Part shown: positions 47,694 to 57,674 of the stretch, piece by piece
Layout: each line of letters opens with the position of its first letter
How positions within the stretch are numbered: position 1 is the stretch's first letter
DNA from: Deltaproteobacteria bacterium
Lineage (GTDB): Bacteria > Myxococcota_A > UBA9042 > CAIXZC01
Direction of reading: 5' to 3'
NCBI GenBank assembly: GCA_016875215.1
Contig: VGRX01000001.1
Span: 11,312 to 75,311 of the forward strand
DNA: 64,000 bases
Position numbers and translations under genes: made by a program
The notes under the pieces: generated by a model
Told to the model about the DNA's origin: nothing
The model's database searches: none
What the model saw: only the letters and a program-made list of their open reading frames with translations

Positions 47694-48263
47694 ATGGCAG
47701 CCACGAAGACAGGAAAGGACGGACAGGCCAGATACGACCACAAGGCGATGTGCCTGCTGCCGGACAGGATCCTGGAGGAGCTTTTCCAGCGGGGTACTCC
47801 GCCGGAGCGCAGTGCGATCGTCGGCTGGGAGTTCGACGGATACAACACCGGCACGCTGGCCTTTGCGATCCGGAAGTTCCGCAAGGGCTACTATGAAGAG
47901 CCGGCCTACGAGAAGGACGAGTTCGGCGGCTACAACGTGAACATCCGGCAGAGCCGCCTGGACCAGCCCTGGGTCGCCGTGATGAAGAAGGACGGGGAAC
48001 CGCAGAGGCATTCCTACTTCCGGGTCTACGGCGTGCGCGGCAGTGAGCCGGACAACTACTACCCGAACGCGCTGCTGCTCAACTACCACAGTCCCAAGAC
48101 GCCGGCCTGGAATCCGGCCAGCCGGTTGCGTGACTACCTGGTCCAGGTCTACCCCGACAACCCCGACCTGCTGCTGGGCAAGGCCTACGCAGCGCTGCCG
48201 GGCGGAAAACGCCTGTTCGTCTCGTTCTTCGTGCTCCAGCGGGCATGCAAGGGGATTGGCTGA
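47694..48263 (+). CDS. hypothetical protein
   Basis: 189 aa ORF with coding-like composition; no family recognised. Confidence 0.4.
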   Translation: MAATKTGKDGQARYDHKAMCLLPDRILEELFQRGTPPERSAIVGWEFDGYNTGTLAFAIRKFRKGYYEEPAYEKDEFGGYNVNIRQSRLDQPWVAVMKKDGEPQRHSYFRVYGVRGSEPDNYYPNALLLNYHSPKTPAWNPASRLRDYLVQVYPDNPDLLLGKAYAALPGGKRLFVSFFVLQRACKGIG

Positions 48264-48403
48264 GCCCCCCTTTCTGCCTGCGAACCTCAACCCGCGTGTG
48301 ACGCCGTCCGGCTGCGGACCGCACCGTCATTCGCTTGACTTCGCCCCCCGCTTTCGTTTAGTCAGTCCGTGGCTTGACAATCCCCCAGATCGACTGAGGT
48401 GCC

Positions 48404-49684
48404 ATGGGACATCTGACCTACGGGAACTACCGGCGCATGCAGCGCCGCCTCAATCAATACGTACCCGGCAATGCGGATTCCACCTCGCTGTACGAGATCC
48501 TCAAGGTGCTCGTGACCGACGAGGAGGCGCACCTCTGCTCGCTCATGCCGGTGAACCTCACCGCGTCCGCGGACCTCGCCCGGATCTGGAAGATGGCGGA
48601 GTCGGAGGCCGTGTCCGCACTGGACGCGCTCGCACACAAGGGGATCGTGTACGTCTTCGACGCCGGCGGGACCATGAAGTATGCTCTCGCTCCACCGGTC
48701 CTCGGCTTCTTCGAGTTCTCCCTCATGCGCACCGACGGGCGGTTCGACGCGGAAACCCTGTCGAAGCTCTACTACCAGTACAACAACGTCGAGGAGGGCT
48801 TCATCCGTCAGCAGGGGGCTGCGTGGCCCTCGTTCACGAGAGTTCTGCCCCACGAGGACATGCTGGAGGATTTGAGCTCCGAGGTCATGTCGTGGGAACG
48901 GGTCAGCGACGGCATCGACAGCGCAACGTGCATCACGACAGGGCAGTGCTTCTGCCGCCACAAGATGGAGCACATGGGCCTTGCCTGCGATGCTCCAATG
49001 GATGTGTGCCTGACCTTCAATGACACGGCGAAGTACCTCTCCACGCACGGCATCGCACGGGAGATCTCCAGGGACGAGGCACGCCGGATCATCCGGGAGT
49101 GCATGGATGCCGGGCTGGTGCAGATCGGCGAGAACAAAAAGAGCAACCTGGTGATCATCTGCAACTGCTGCGGCTGCTGTTGCGACCTGCTGCTGGGCTA
49201 CAAGAAGTTCGGCCTGACCGACATCGTCAGCCCCAGCAGCTACGTCGCCACCGTCGAGAGTCAGGGCTGCTCACGATGCGGCACGTGTGCGGAGCGCTGC
49301 CCCGTCGATGCCATCACGCAGACCGAAGCGCAAATACCGGTCGTGGGTGACCGCTGCCTCGGCTGCGGCGTCTGCACCCGATTCTGTCCGACCGGCTCGT
49401 GCCGCCTCGCTGGCCGGCCGGAGAAGATCTACGTGCCGGAGGACTTCCTCGAGAAATGGACGCTCGGCGGGATCCACCAGGCCAAGCTCGGCAACTTCTT
49501 CTTCGATGATCAGACCAGCAGCCTCCACCGGATCCTGCGCGTGCTGACGAATGCGACGCTCAGACTGCCGTTCCTGCGTTCGTTCCTGCTCAGCAGGCCG
49601 GTCCGCACGGCCCTCATGTCCGCGATTCGAAACAGCCGGCGCTTCCGGGAGTTCAAGGACCCGGCCCCGCCAGCCGCAGTGTGA
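48404..49684 (+). CDS. 4Fe-4S dicluster domain protein with additional CNCCGCCC cysteine cluster
   Basis: Two CxxCxxCxxxCP ferredoxin motifs (CSRCGTCAERCP, CLGCGVCTRFCP) and IICNCCGCCCD. Confidence 0.6.
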   Translation: MGHLTYGNYRRMQRRLNQYVPGNADSTSLYEILKVLVTDEEAHLCSLMPVNLTASADLARIWKMAESEAVSALDALAHKGIVYVFDAGGTMKYALAPPVLGFFEFSLMRTDGRFDAETLSKLYYQYNNVEEGFIRQQGAAWPSFTRVLPHEDMLEDLSSEVMSWERVSDGIDSATCITTGQCFCRHKMEHMGLACDAPMDVCLTFNDTAKYLSTHGIAREISRDEARRIIRECMDAGLVQIGENKKSNLVIICNCCGCCCDLLLGYKKFGLTDIVSPSSYVATVESQGCSRCGTCAERCPVDAITQTEAQIPVVGDRCLGCGVCTRFCPTGSCRLAGRPEKIYVPEDFLEKWTLGGIHQAKLGNFFFDDQTSSLHRILRVLTNATLRLPFLRSFLLSRPVRTALMSAIRNSRRFREFKDPAPPAAV

Positions 49685-49785
49685 CGGGGGGCGCCGGCCG
49701 CCCCTATCGGACTTCTCCGTGCTTGACGTCTTCCTGAACCTCGCCTAACGTCAGGAAGAACGCAGCATCTGACTGGAGGGTTCGT

Positions 49786-50328
49786 ATGCGGAAACTGTCC
49801 CTGGCACTGTTCCTGTTGCTTGTCTCCTACTCCTCTACCGCCCTGGCCGAATGGCCGGAGGGGGTGACCACGGTGAAAGTCGAGAAAGGAACGACGGTCG
49901 AGGTCAAGGGCAACCTCGACACGGGCAAGCTCATCGAGGACCTGACGTTTGCGTCGAGGAGCAGCGTTGCCTGCTTCCCGGGCACCCAGAACGAGCGTTT
50001 CCGGGGAAACCACGTCTTCTTCGCCACCCGGATCCCGCCCCAGTCCATCATGAAGATCACGGTCGTCCCGGACGATACCTCGGCCGACATGAGCATCTAC
50101 GCATACGAGATCGGCACCACCAACTTCACCCTTCCGCCCGACCTCGCCCAGTGCGTCACCTGCGAAGCCGAGCACAAGTGGGACAGACCCAAGAAGGGCA
50201 AGACGCAGGACCACACCCGCACGGTATCGGTCAATGCGATCAAGAACCCGTACAACGTGGTGATCGGAGTTGCCGGCCCCAAGGACGTCAAGTCCGGTGC
50301 GTTCACCCTCAAGATCGAGCTCCAGTAG
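49786..50328 (+). CDS. secreted hypothetical protein
   Basis: Signal peptide LALFLLLVSYSSTALA. Confidence 0.5.
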   Translation: MRKLSLALFLLLVSYSSTALAEWPEGVTTVKVEKGTTVEVKGNLDTGKLIEDLTFASRSSVACFPGTQNERFRGNHVFFATRIPPQSIMKITVVPDDTSADMSIYAYEIGTTNFTLPPDLAQCVTCEAEHKWDRPKKGKTQDHTRTVSVNAIKNPYNVVIGVAGPKDVKSGAFTLKIELQ

Positions 50329-50504
50329 CATCCCCCATGTGCTGGTTGCCATTGATGTTGCGGTGCGGACCATGTAGGGTATGTGACGGGGCAGCGTGGC
50401 TGACCGGCCCGTTCGACGTCGACTTCGTGAAGCCCGACTACGTCGAGGCCTCCTGTCCGGACCACAAGGTCACCGGCCAGTTCGGCGTACCGGTGTGCCT
50501 ATAG

Positions 50505-51431
50505 ATGGAGCAGACCATGCGTTCGGACATCACCATCGAGAACGGCAAGGCTTACCACATCGGGGTCGCTCCCCACGAGATCGCTCCACGCATATTCCAG
50601 GTGGGAGATCCGGCACGGGCGTTCAAGGTGGCGGACCGGTTCGACCGGGTGGACTTCGAGTGCAGGAACCGCGAGTACGTGACCCTCACCGGTACCCTGG
50701 CCGGCAAGCCGGTCTCGGTCATGGGGACGGGCATCGGCCACGACAACGTGGAAATCGCGTTGCTCGAGGCCTACACGTTGCTGGCCTTCGACCTGTCCAC
50801 GGCAACCCGCAAGACCCGGGTGCCGGAAATCACGGTGATCCGGATCGGCACGTCCGGAGGGGCGCAACCCGACGTCGAGCCCGGCACGATGGGCATCACG
50901 TCCTACGCCATCGGGCTGGACACCACCGGCATCTACTGGGACGTGCCTGTGCCGGACCAGACGGCAGGCAAGCTGGAGATCGTGGCAAAGAGACTCCTGG
51001 ATGATGCCACGGTCCCGGGCTCCCGCTTTGCCGGATGGGTCCGTCCGTACGCCTCCCGCGCCACACCGGAGATGGTGCGCCTGCTGGAGCACTCGGCCCG
51101 CGAGGCCGCTCCCCGCTTCCCCCTCGTGACCGGAGTCACCGTGGCGGCGCCGGGCTTCTATGGTGCCTCGGGACGCCGCATGGAGGGTCTGTCCCTCTCG
51201 GTCCCGGGCATCAAGGAAGTGTGCGCCGGAATCGAGGCCGACGGCCACCGGGTCGTGAACTTCGAGATGGAATCGAGCCTCATCTTCCACCTGGCCCAGG
51301 GCCTCGGCTGGCGGGCCGGAACAGTCTGCCCCATCATCTCGAACCCGAAGCGCCAGGGAAAGGTGATGGACTACCGCCCATGCGTCGAGGCAGCGATCGA
51401 CATTGCGGTGCGGGCCATGGAGCTCGTGTAG
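50505..51431 (+). CDS. PNP/UDP-type nucleoside phosphorylase-family protein
   Basis: VGDPARA...GKPVSVMGTGIGHDN...VIRIGTSGG blocks characteristic of the PNP_UDP_1 family. Confidence 0.6.
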   Translation: MEQTMRSDITIENGKAYHIGVAPHEIAPRIFQVGDPARAFKVADRFDRVDFECRNREYVTLTGTLAGKPVSVMGTGIGHDNVEIALLEAYTLLAFDLSTATRKTRVPEITVIRIGTSGGAQPDVEPGTMGITSYAIGLDTTGIYWDVPVPDQTAGKLEIVAKRLLDDATVPGSRFAGWVRPYASRATPEMVRLLEHSAREAAPRFPLVTGVTVAAPGFYGASGRRMEGLSLSVPGIKEVCAGIEADGHRVVNFEMESSLIFHLAQGLGWRAGTVCPIISNPKRQGKVMDYRPCVEAAIDIAVRAMELV

Positions 51432-51523
51432 GGTTGATGCCGGGCGGGAGAGCTGATGCTCCAGCTCGTCGTCAGAAGTCCTGTGCGCACGGAAGCACAT
51501 CGGGATCGTCGGGTACACGTGCG

Positions 51524-51640
51524 ACAGCGTCCGCAGCCGCGGCGGCAAGACCGAGATCGACCTGGTCGTGCGCAGCCGCAGGAGGACAGCCTTCATCGAG
51601 TGCAAGTGGCGGGCGGAAACGACGGTTCCGTCGAGTGTTA
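51524..51640 (+). pseudogene. duplicated 3'-fragment of the DUF234-type ATPase gene (copy of 54644-54765)
   Basis: About 98% identical over about 110 nt (GKTEIDLVVRSRRRTAFIECKWRAETTVPSS). Truncated and joined to the upstream block of the next gene. Confidence 0.6.
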
Positions 51641-51683
51641 CGACTTGCCGGTCGGCCCCATCCCCCCGCACGCGACATTCCGC

Positions 51684-51710
51684 TTGACTACTTGAAAATT
51701 TCACGATAAT
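51684..51710 (+). promoter_or_regulatory. strong sigma-70-like promoter (TTGACT ... GATAAT) ending 9 nt before the ATG; probable leaderless or near-leaderless transcript
   Basis: ttgactacttgaaaatttcacgataat. A related block precedes the gene at 53525. Confidence 0.45.
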
Positions 51711-51718
51711 CTCAGGTC

Positions 51719-52867
51719 ATGATTGCGAGAGGACTCCGACTTCCGAAGGCAGGCACCGAGACGTTCTTCCTCTGGGGACCGCGGCAGACCGGCAAGTCCA
51801 CGTTGCTTCGGGCGGCTTACCCGCAGGCGCTCTGGATCGACCTGCTCAAGTCCGACGAGTTCCGCCGTTACATGGAGCGGCCCGAGTTGCTTCGACAGGA
51901 AGTCGCTGCGATGCCAGTTCCTCCCCTCGTCGTCATCGACGAGGTGCAGAAGGTCCCCCTCCTTCTCGATGAGGTCCACTGGCTTCACGAGAACCGGGGC
52001 ATGCAGTTCGCCCTGTGCGGCTCGAGCGCCCGCAAGGTGAAGCGCGGCCAGGCGAACCTGCTCGGGGGAAGGGCCATCCGGTACCAACTCCTCGGTCTCA
52101 CTTCCGCTGAGTTGGGGAACGACTGGGATCTTGTACGGATGCTCAACCACGGATACTTGCCGCGGATCCATCTTTCGGACCGGCCAGAGCACCTTCTCAA
52201 GTCGTACGTCGCGGACTACCTCAAGGAGGAGATCGCAGCAGAGGGATTGGTGCGGAAGCTCCCGGTCTTCTCACACTTCCTGGACGTGGCGGCGCTGTCG
52301 GATTGCGAGCCGGTCAACTTCTCGACAATAGCGCGTGATTGCGGCGTGTCCAGCCAGTCTATCAAAGGGTATTTCGACGTGCTGACGGACACCCTCCTGG
52401 GTGTCTGGCTGCCCTCCTATCGCCGCCGCCCGAAGCGACGTGTCCTGGCATCGCCGAAGTTCTACTTCTCCGATGTCGGAGTGGTGAACTTCCTGGCTCG
52501 GCGGGGACAAAAGGAGCCAGGCTCCGAGCTGTTCGGCAAGGCGTTTGAAAACTGGGTCCGGCACGAGCTTGCCGCCTACAACGAATATGCACAGCGCAAC
52601 GCATCGCTCAGCTACTGGCGCCTCACGACCGGTGCCGAAGTGGACTTTGTCGTGAACGACATGGAAGTCGCTGTCGAAGCCAAGGCCACCCGGCGCGTAA
52701 CCAGCGACCACCTCAAGGGGTTGCGACAGCTCAAGGCGGACCATCCGAAGGTCCGCCGGCGGATCGTCGTGTCCCTCGAGGACAAGCCCCTGCTGACCCC
52801 GGACAAGATCGACGTGATGCCCGCTGCCGAGTTCAGCTGCCGGCTCTGGGGGGGCGAGCTGTTCTGA
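51719..52867 (+). CDS. AAA-family ATPase (AAA_14 plus DUF4143 type)
   Basis: Walker A GPRQTGKST; hhhhDE Walker B VVIDEVQ. C-terminal DUF4143-like region. Confidence 0.75.
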   Translation: MIARGLRLPKAGTETFFLWGPRQTGKSTLLRAAYPQALWIDLLKSDEFRRYMERPELLRQEVAAMPVPPLVVIDEVQKVPLLLDEVHWLHENRGMQFALCGSSARKVKRGQANLLGGRAIRYQLLGLTSAELGNDWDLVRMLNHGYLPRIHLSDRPEHLLKSYVADYLKEEIAAEGLVRKLPVFSHFLDVAALSDCEPVNFSTIARDCGVSSQSIKGYFDVLTDTLLGVWLPSYRRRPKRRVLASPKFYFSDVGVVNFLARRGQKEPGSELFGKAFENWVRHELAAYNEYAQRNASLSYWRLTTGAEVDFVVNDMEVAVEAKATRRVTSDHLKGLRQLKADHPKVRRRIVVSLEDKPLLTPDKIDVMPAAEFSCRLWGGELF

Positions 52868-52887
52868 GCGCCCGGCGCGGCAGCAAG

Positions 52888-52953
52888 TGCCGGCAACCCG
52901 ACGGCCGATGCGGCGAGACGGGCAGTTGGTGCGAGCAACCTGACGGCCGATGC
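52888..52953 (+). repeat. REP/BIME-like pair (two units of the GGTGCGGGCAACCCGACGGCCGATGC family)
   Basis: Copies at 52888-52912 and 52928-52953. Confidence 0.6.
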
Positions 52954-53524
52954 GCTTGAGGCGGCTCCGTCAGATTGGCTGCGCTGTGCGCCAGCAGATC
53001 TGTGGCCGCGGGCAATGCCGTACTTGGCTTCCCCCGCTGGGGGAGGATGCCCGGAGGCCCAGGCCTCCGGGCAGGAGGGGGGCTGATAGCTTCCCCAGAT
53101 TCGTGGGCCGACCAGTGACGGTGATTCGGGCGAAACTAGCAGCCCCCCCGCTGCGCCAGCCTCCGCCACGGCGTTGGCGTGGCTTGCTGCCCCCCGGAGT
53201 GGGGCTCCAAGCACGGCAGTGAGAATCCCCGTGACCTGACAGGCGCACAGTGCAGCCGATGCGCCCTCCAGGCGTTCTGCGGCGGCACATCGGGGGCCCG
53301 CGCCCACGGTCGTGCCGACGCCAGGGCCGTCAGGGATCCCGCACCAACGTCAGAAGGCTACCTTGATACGACTTGGCCCTCCGCCCCTTCTTCCCCGATG
53401 GCTACCTTGTGACGACTTGCCGGTCGGGCATTCCCCACTGGCCGCTGCCACGAAGCCAGACGCACCGGTTCTGCTGGCTGCGATTCAACTTGACTTTGGG
53501 CAAGTTGATGTCACGATAGCAGAC

Positions 53525-54979
53525 ATGAGACCGTTCGTGAACCGAACCGCCGAAGTTTCCGCACTGCGCCGCCGGCTCGCAGCCAGGAGATCGTTCGTCC
53601 TCCTGTACGGGCAGCGCAGGACCGGCAAGACATGGCTCCTCCAGCATGTCCTGGAGGGAGACGGTGATTGCCTCTTCTTCACTGCGGACGAGACCACGCC
53701 GAGGATGCTGCTCGAACGTTTCGTAGTCCTGGCGGCTGCCCAGAACCGGCTGCCGGGACAGGTGACACCGTCCGCTGTCGGGGACTGGGGGACGGCGCTG
53801 ACCCTCCTGCTGCAAGAGGCTGTGCTCCGGAAGCGCCGGCTGGTGATCGCTCTGGACGAGTGCCAGTACCTTCTCGACCGGGAGCCGTCGTTCCCTTCGG
53901 TGCTCCAGCGCCTCTGGGACGAGTTCAGACCACGCCTCTCCCTGCACATCGTCCTGTGCGGCTCGGCTCTTGGCACCATGGCACGCCTGGGCGATAGCCG
54001 GCAGCCGCTCCACGGGCGGTTCGACCTGAAGCTGCAGCTCCGGCCCTTTTCCTATGCGGATGCCGGACTGTTCGTTCCCTCGTGGTCTCCGGTGGACAGG
54101 CTCCGGCTCTACGGGATCTTCGGCGGTCTGGCGAGGCACCTGGCCTACGTGGATCCCGGATGCGATCTGGCTTCCAACCTGTGCCAGGTCGTTCTTGATC
54201 CGCTGTCCCCTCTGCACGATGCTCCGCACGACATCCTGCGAACCGAGAGGCTCTCGGCCCCAGCAGAAGCCGATGCCATCCTGGGGGCGATGGCACACGG
54301 TGAAAACCGCTTCAACGCCATTGCGGCACGCACCGGGCTTGCGGCCCCCCGCCTGGACCGCGTCTTGAGCGAGCTGCAGTCTCTGGACATCGTGCGCAAG
54401 GAGGCCCGGATTGGAGACAGCGACGGTTCCCGCTATGTGCGGTACCGATGCGCCGACCCCTTCATGCAGTTCTGGTTCCGCCTCGTCGAGGGAAACCGGA
54501 CTGCCCTGCAATCCACGCCGGCAGCGCGAGTGTACCAGGAGCGTATTCTCCCGCAGCTCGACACCTGCATGGGCAGTGTCTTCGAGTCGATCGTGGAGCA
54601 GGCCGTGCGGCGTGGCGTGCTTTCCGCTCACATGGATCCCGTCGACGAAGTCGGCTCGTACTGGAGCCGCGACGGCAAGACCGAGATCGACCTGGTCGTG
54701 CGCAGCCGCAGGAGGACAGCCTTCATCGAGTGCAGGTGGCGGGCGGAAACGACGGTTCCGTCGAGTGCGTTGTCGCAGCTTCGCGAGCACGCGGCCCGCA
54801 CCCCGTTTGCTGCGCAGGAGGCAATCTACTGCATCGCCTCCGCAGGCAGCTTCTCGAAGGGGCTGCGCCAGTGCGCCGGCGAAGGCAAGGTCGTTCTCAT
54901 AGGGCTGCCCGAGTTGACAGGGCTCCCCGGCACCGAGGCCCGAGACAACATGGGGCCCATGGTTAAGACCTGGTCCTGA
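53525..54979 (+). CDS. ATPase (Arch_ATPase/AAA plus DUF234 type)
   Basis: Start MRPFVNRTAEV. Walker A GQRRTGKT; Walker B LVIALDECQ. C-terminal DUF234-like segment. Confidence 0.7.
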   Translation: MRPFVNRTAEVSALRRRLAARRSFVLLYGQRRTGKTWLLQHVLEGDGDCLFFTADETTPRMLLERFVVLAAAQNRLPGQVTPSAVGDWGTALTLLLQEAVLRKRRLVIALDECQYLLDREPSFPSVLQRLWDEFRPRLSLHIVLCGSALGTMARLGDSRQPLHGRFDLKLQLRPFSYADAGLFVPSWSPVDRLRLYGIFGGLARHLAYVDPGCDLASNLCQVVLDPLSPLHDAPHDILRTERLSAPAEADAILGAMAHGENRFNAIAARTGLAAPRLDRVLSELQSLDIVRKEARIGDSDGSRYVRYRCADPFMQFWFRLVEGNRTALQSTPAARVYQERILPQLDTCMGSVFESIVEQAVRRGVLSAHMDPVDEVGSYWSRDGKTEIDLVVRSRRRTAFIECRWRAETTVPSSALSQLREHAARTPFAAQEAIYCIASAGSFSKGLRQCAGEGKVVLIGLPELTGLPGTEARDNMGPMVKTWS

Positions 54980-55009
54980 ATCCGGCCCAAGTCATCATAT
55001 GCGGCCCGC

Positions 55010-55363
55010 TCAGGCAGTTCCCCGCTTCCGGCCCAGTACAGCGTCCAGCTCACGAAGAACTCTGGCAAGCAGCGCGGGTTTGACCGCACCGAACGAGCGC
55101 AGCACCAGGGTGCGGCTCAGGCTGTAGACCTTGTCGGCACGGACCACGCTGTCCGCTTTCAGGCGACCGCTTGCGAGATCCTTCTGGCGCAGTGGAACCG
55201 CATGGGCTCGTTCTTCAAGATTGGACGTGACCGCCATTCCCAGGAAATCCGGGGAACCGCTGTTGTATGCGTCGCACGAGATGACCAGGACGGGCCTCGT
55301 CTTCTCTGACCTGAGGTTTGAAAACGGAAACGGAATGAGCACGATGGTACCCTGGTCAGGCAT
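55010..55363 (-). CDS. mazF: type II toxin MazF/PemK family endoribonuclease
   Basis: GTIVLIPFPFSNLRSEKTRPVLVIS ... is the classic PemK/MazF fold. Confidence 0.8.
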   Translation of the reverse strand: MPDQGTIVLIPFPFSNLRSEKTRPVLVISCDAYNSGSPDFLGMAVTSNLEERAHAVPLRQKDLASGRLKADSVVRADKVYSLSRTLVLRSFGAVKPALLARVLRELDAVLGRKRGTA

Positions 55364-55592
55364 CGTTCCATACCTCGTCGTCTACCGGGTTGTCCCAGAA
55401 GGCGAGGCTGCTCTCTGCTGCCTTGAGCAGGTCGTCCCCAGGGGGAACATCGCTGTCCAGCCGTTTCGCCAGGCCGTCGAGGACGTAGTCTCCCAGGCTC
55501 ATGTCCCTCTTGGCGGCGGCCACACGCAGCCGCCGCTTGATTTCCGTCGACACGTAGATCGTCAGGCGGGTCTTCTGCGCCGGTTCGCTCAT
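55356..55592 (-). CDS. antitoxin (RHH/MazE-like) overlapping mazF
   Basis: 79 aa, MSEPAQKTRLTIYVSTEIKRRLRVAAAKRDMSLGDYV ribbon-helix-helix. 8 nt overlap with the toxin gene. Confidence 0.6.
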   Translation of the reverse strand: MSEPAQKTRLTIYVSTEIKRRLRVAAAKRDMSLGDYVLDGLAKRLDSDVPPGDDLLKAAESSLAFWDNPVDDEVWNDA

Positions 55593-55666
55593 TTCCGTCA
55601 CCTCCTGCACAAGAATGACAATAGCAACCTGGTGACATGTTGTCAACGGGTCGACGGTCCGTCCCC

Positions 55667-57355
55667 CTACATCCCCCCCGACTTCCGTATCCCCAGCACG
55701 ACCCACAGGGCCACCAGGAACGACGCGGCAAGGCTGGCGGAGGAGAGCCATTCGGGGAACCGGTCGCTGCCTCCCATCCACATGGACGCGGCGACCCCTG
55801 CGCCGGCAAGAACCGCAGCGGCCAGTCGGTTGATGGAAGCGGCCTTCTCGTGAGCCGCAACGAGGGTGTTCTCGTCCTCCACCTTGATCGTCAGGTCACC
55901 GTCGCGTACGCGGCGGACGAGCTGGCTCAGCTCCTTGGGGAACGTACGGCCGAACGACAGCCAGTCGAGCGCCACGTCGACGATCTGGGACGAGTGCTGC
56001 GTCGGGTCGAGCGCACGGTTAAGGAACAGCGAGATGAGATAGGGTTGCACCGCGGCCAGCGGCTCGAATTCGGGGTAGATCTGCCGTGCGAGCCCCTCCA
56101 TGGTCCCGAGCGCCCGCCCCACCATGAGCAGGTCCGACGGCAGCGAGACCTTGTGCCTGTACATCACCTCGACCGACGTCCGGATCAGCTCGTCAAGCCG
56201 GAGCGCTCCGATGCTCAAGGTCGAGAACCGGTCCATCATGATCTCGGCATCGCGCCGGAGGCTGCGGATGTCGGCCGAGGCCGGCACCAGCCCGGCTTCG
56301 TGCAGGCTGTCCACCAGCATCCCGGAGTCGTTCGAAACCAGCGCCACCATGAAGGAGAGCATCTCCTCCATGCGCGCCTCGCTGATGTACCCCATCATCC
56401 CGAAATCGAGCAGGCAGACCTTGCCATCCTCCGCTATGAGGAAGTTCCCCGGATGGGGATCGGCATGATAGAACCTGAACTCGAACACGGACCGCAGCAG
56501 CAGCCTCGTCCCGATCTCCGAGATCTCCTTGGGGCTGAGCGGGAAGATGGTCCAGTCCGTCACGGCGGTGACCTTGGTCCCCTTGAGGAACTCCATCACG
56601 ATGAGGTTCTCGGTGCACAGGTCGTCGAACGTCCTGGGAATCCGGACGTTGGGCTCGCCGACCAGACACGCGGCGAAGCGCTCCATGTTGCGCACTTCGT
56701 TGCGCAGGTCCATCTCCTGGGTGAACGTGCGGGCGAACTCGTCCACGAGCTGCCGGGGGTGCATGTGCTCCACCCCGTCGAAGTTCTCCTCGATGTACCC
56801 GGCGATGTCCCTCAGCACGGCCAGGTCGTCGCGCACCACCTTCTCGAGGCCGGGGCGCTTGACCTTCACCACCACGTCCTCCCCGCTGATCAGCCGGGCT
56901 CGGTGCACCTGTGCGATGGAGGCAGCGGCCAGCGGCTGCCGCTCGATGTCCGCGAACACGTCCCCGGGCACCTGCTTCAGCTCCTGGGCCAGGATTGCCT
57001 CGACCATTTCGAAGGGAAAGGGCGGTACCTGGTCCTGCAGGCGCGCAAGCTCCCGGATCACCTCCGGCGGGAGCAGATCCGGGCGGTTGGCCAGGACCTG
57101 TCCGAACTTGATGAACGTCGGCCCCAGCTGCTCGCACGCGGCTCGAAGCCTGGCCCCGAACGAGGGGGTCGCCCGCTCCTGCCACCGACCCAACGAGACT
57201 GCGCGGCGCACCCCCTTCCAAAGCCGCGACAGACCCGTGCGGGTCGCGACGTCGGCGAACCCGTGCCTCGCCAACACTCCTGCGATGTCCCGATACCGCC
57301 GGAACTTCTTGTAGGACCTCTGCAGCAGGAAGAACCGGTACAGGGAGGAGCTCAT
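55667..57355 (-). CDS. ABC1/UbiB-family atypical kinase
   Basis: Full-length similarity to AarF/ABC1 kinases (ASIAQVH, HADPHPGN motifs). C-terminal TM helices. Confidence 0.8.
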   Translation of the reverse strand: MSSSLYRFFLLQRSYKKFRRYRDIAGVLARHGFADVATRTGLSRLWKGVRRAVSLGRWQERATPSFGARLRAACEQLGPTFIKFGQVLANRPDLLPPEVIRELARLQDQVPPFPFEMVEAILAQELKQVPGDVFADIERQPLAAASIAQVHRARLISGEDVVVKVKRPGLEKVVRDDLAVLRDIAGYIEENFDGVEHMHPRQLVDEFARTFTQEMDLRNEVRNMERFAACLVGEPNVRIPRTFDDLCTENLIVMEFLKGTKVTAVTDWTIFPLSPKEISEIGTRLLLRSVFEFRFYHADPHPGNFLIAEDGKVCLLDFGMMGYISEARMEEMLSFMVALVSNDSGMLVDSLHEAGLVPASADIRSLRRDAEIMMDRFSTLSIGALRLDELIRTSVEVMYRHKVSLPSDLLMVGRALGTMEGLARQIYPEFEPLAAVQPYLISLFLNRALDPTQHSSQIVDVALDWLSFGRTFPKELSQLVRRVRDGDLTIKVEDENTLVAAHEKAASINRLAAAVLAGAGVAASMWMGGSDRFPEWLSSASLAASFLVALWVVLGIRKSGGM

Positions 57356-57621
57356 GTCTTTCCCCCCGGCTTGATGATGCCGCTGACCAACTCGTGCATG
57401 ACCTGAGCGATGAGATCCCGTTCCTTTCGACCGCTTTCTTCCACTTCGGACAGCCGCGCCTCGATGTCGGCCCGCAGCTTCTCCATCTGCTCGGGGGTGA
57501 ACTTCTCGGTCCGGGACAACCGTTTCCAGAGCTCGTCACGGTCCAGAGTGAGCAGCGCCTTGGCCACGGCCGAGCTCAATGCCCGCGACGCGATCTGTTT
57601 CCACAGGAATCGGTACGACAT
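57352..57621 (-). CDS. small hypothetical protein (89 aa), translationally coupled to the ABC1 kinase gene
   Basis: 4 nt stop/start overlap; helical, charged. Confidence 0.45.
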   Translation of the reverse strand: MSYRFLWKQIASRALSSAVAKALLTLDRDELWKRLSRTEKFTPEQMEKLRADIEARLSEVEESGRKERDLIAQVMHELVSGIIKPGGKT

Positions 57622-57674
57622 GGGTCCACCTGCCGCTCGGCGCCGAAGTCGGTTCAGCGTTCCCGGATGGGGGG

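Noticed and set aside
46500-48290. 596-aa minus-strand ORF
   Set aside because: Antisense to the SDR epimerase and hypothetical genes.
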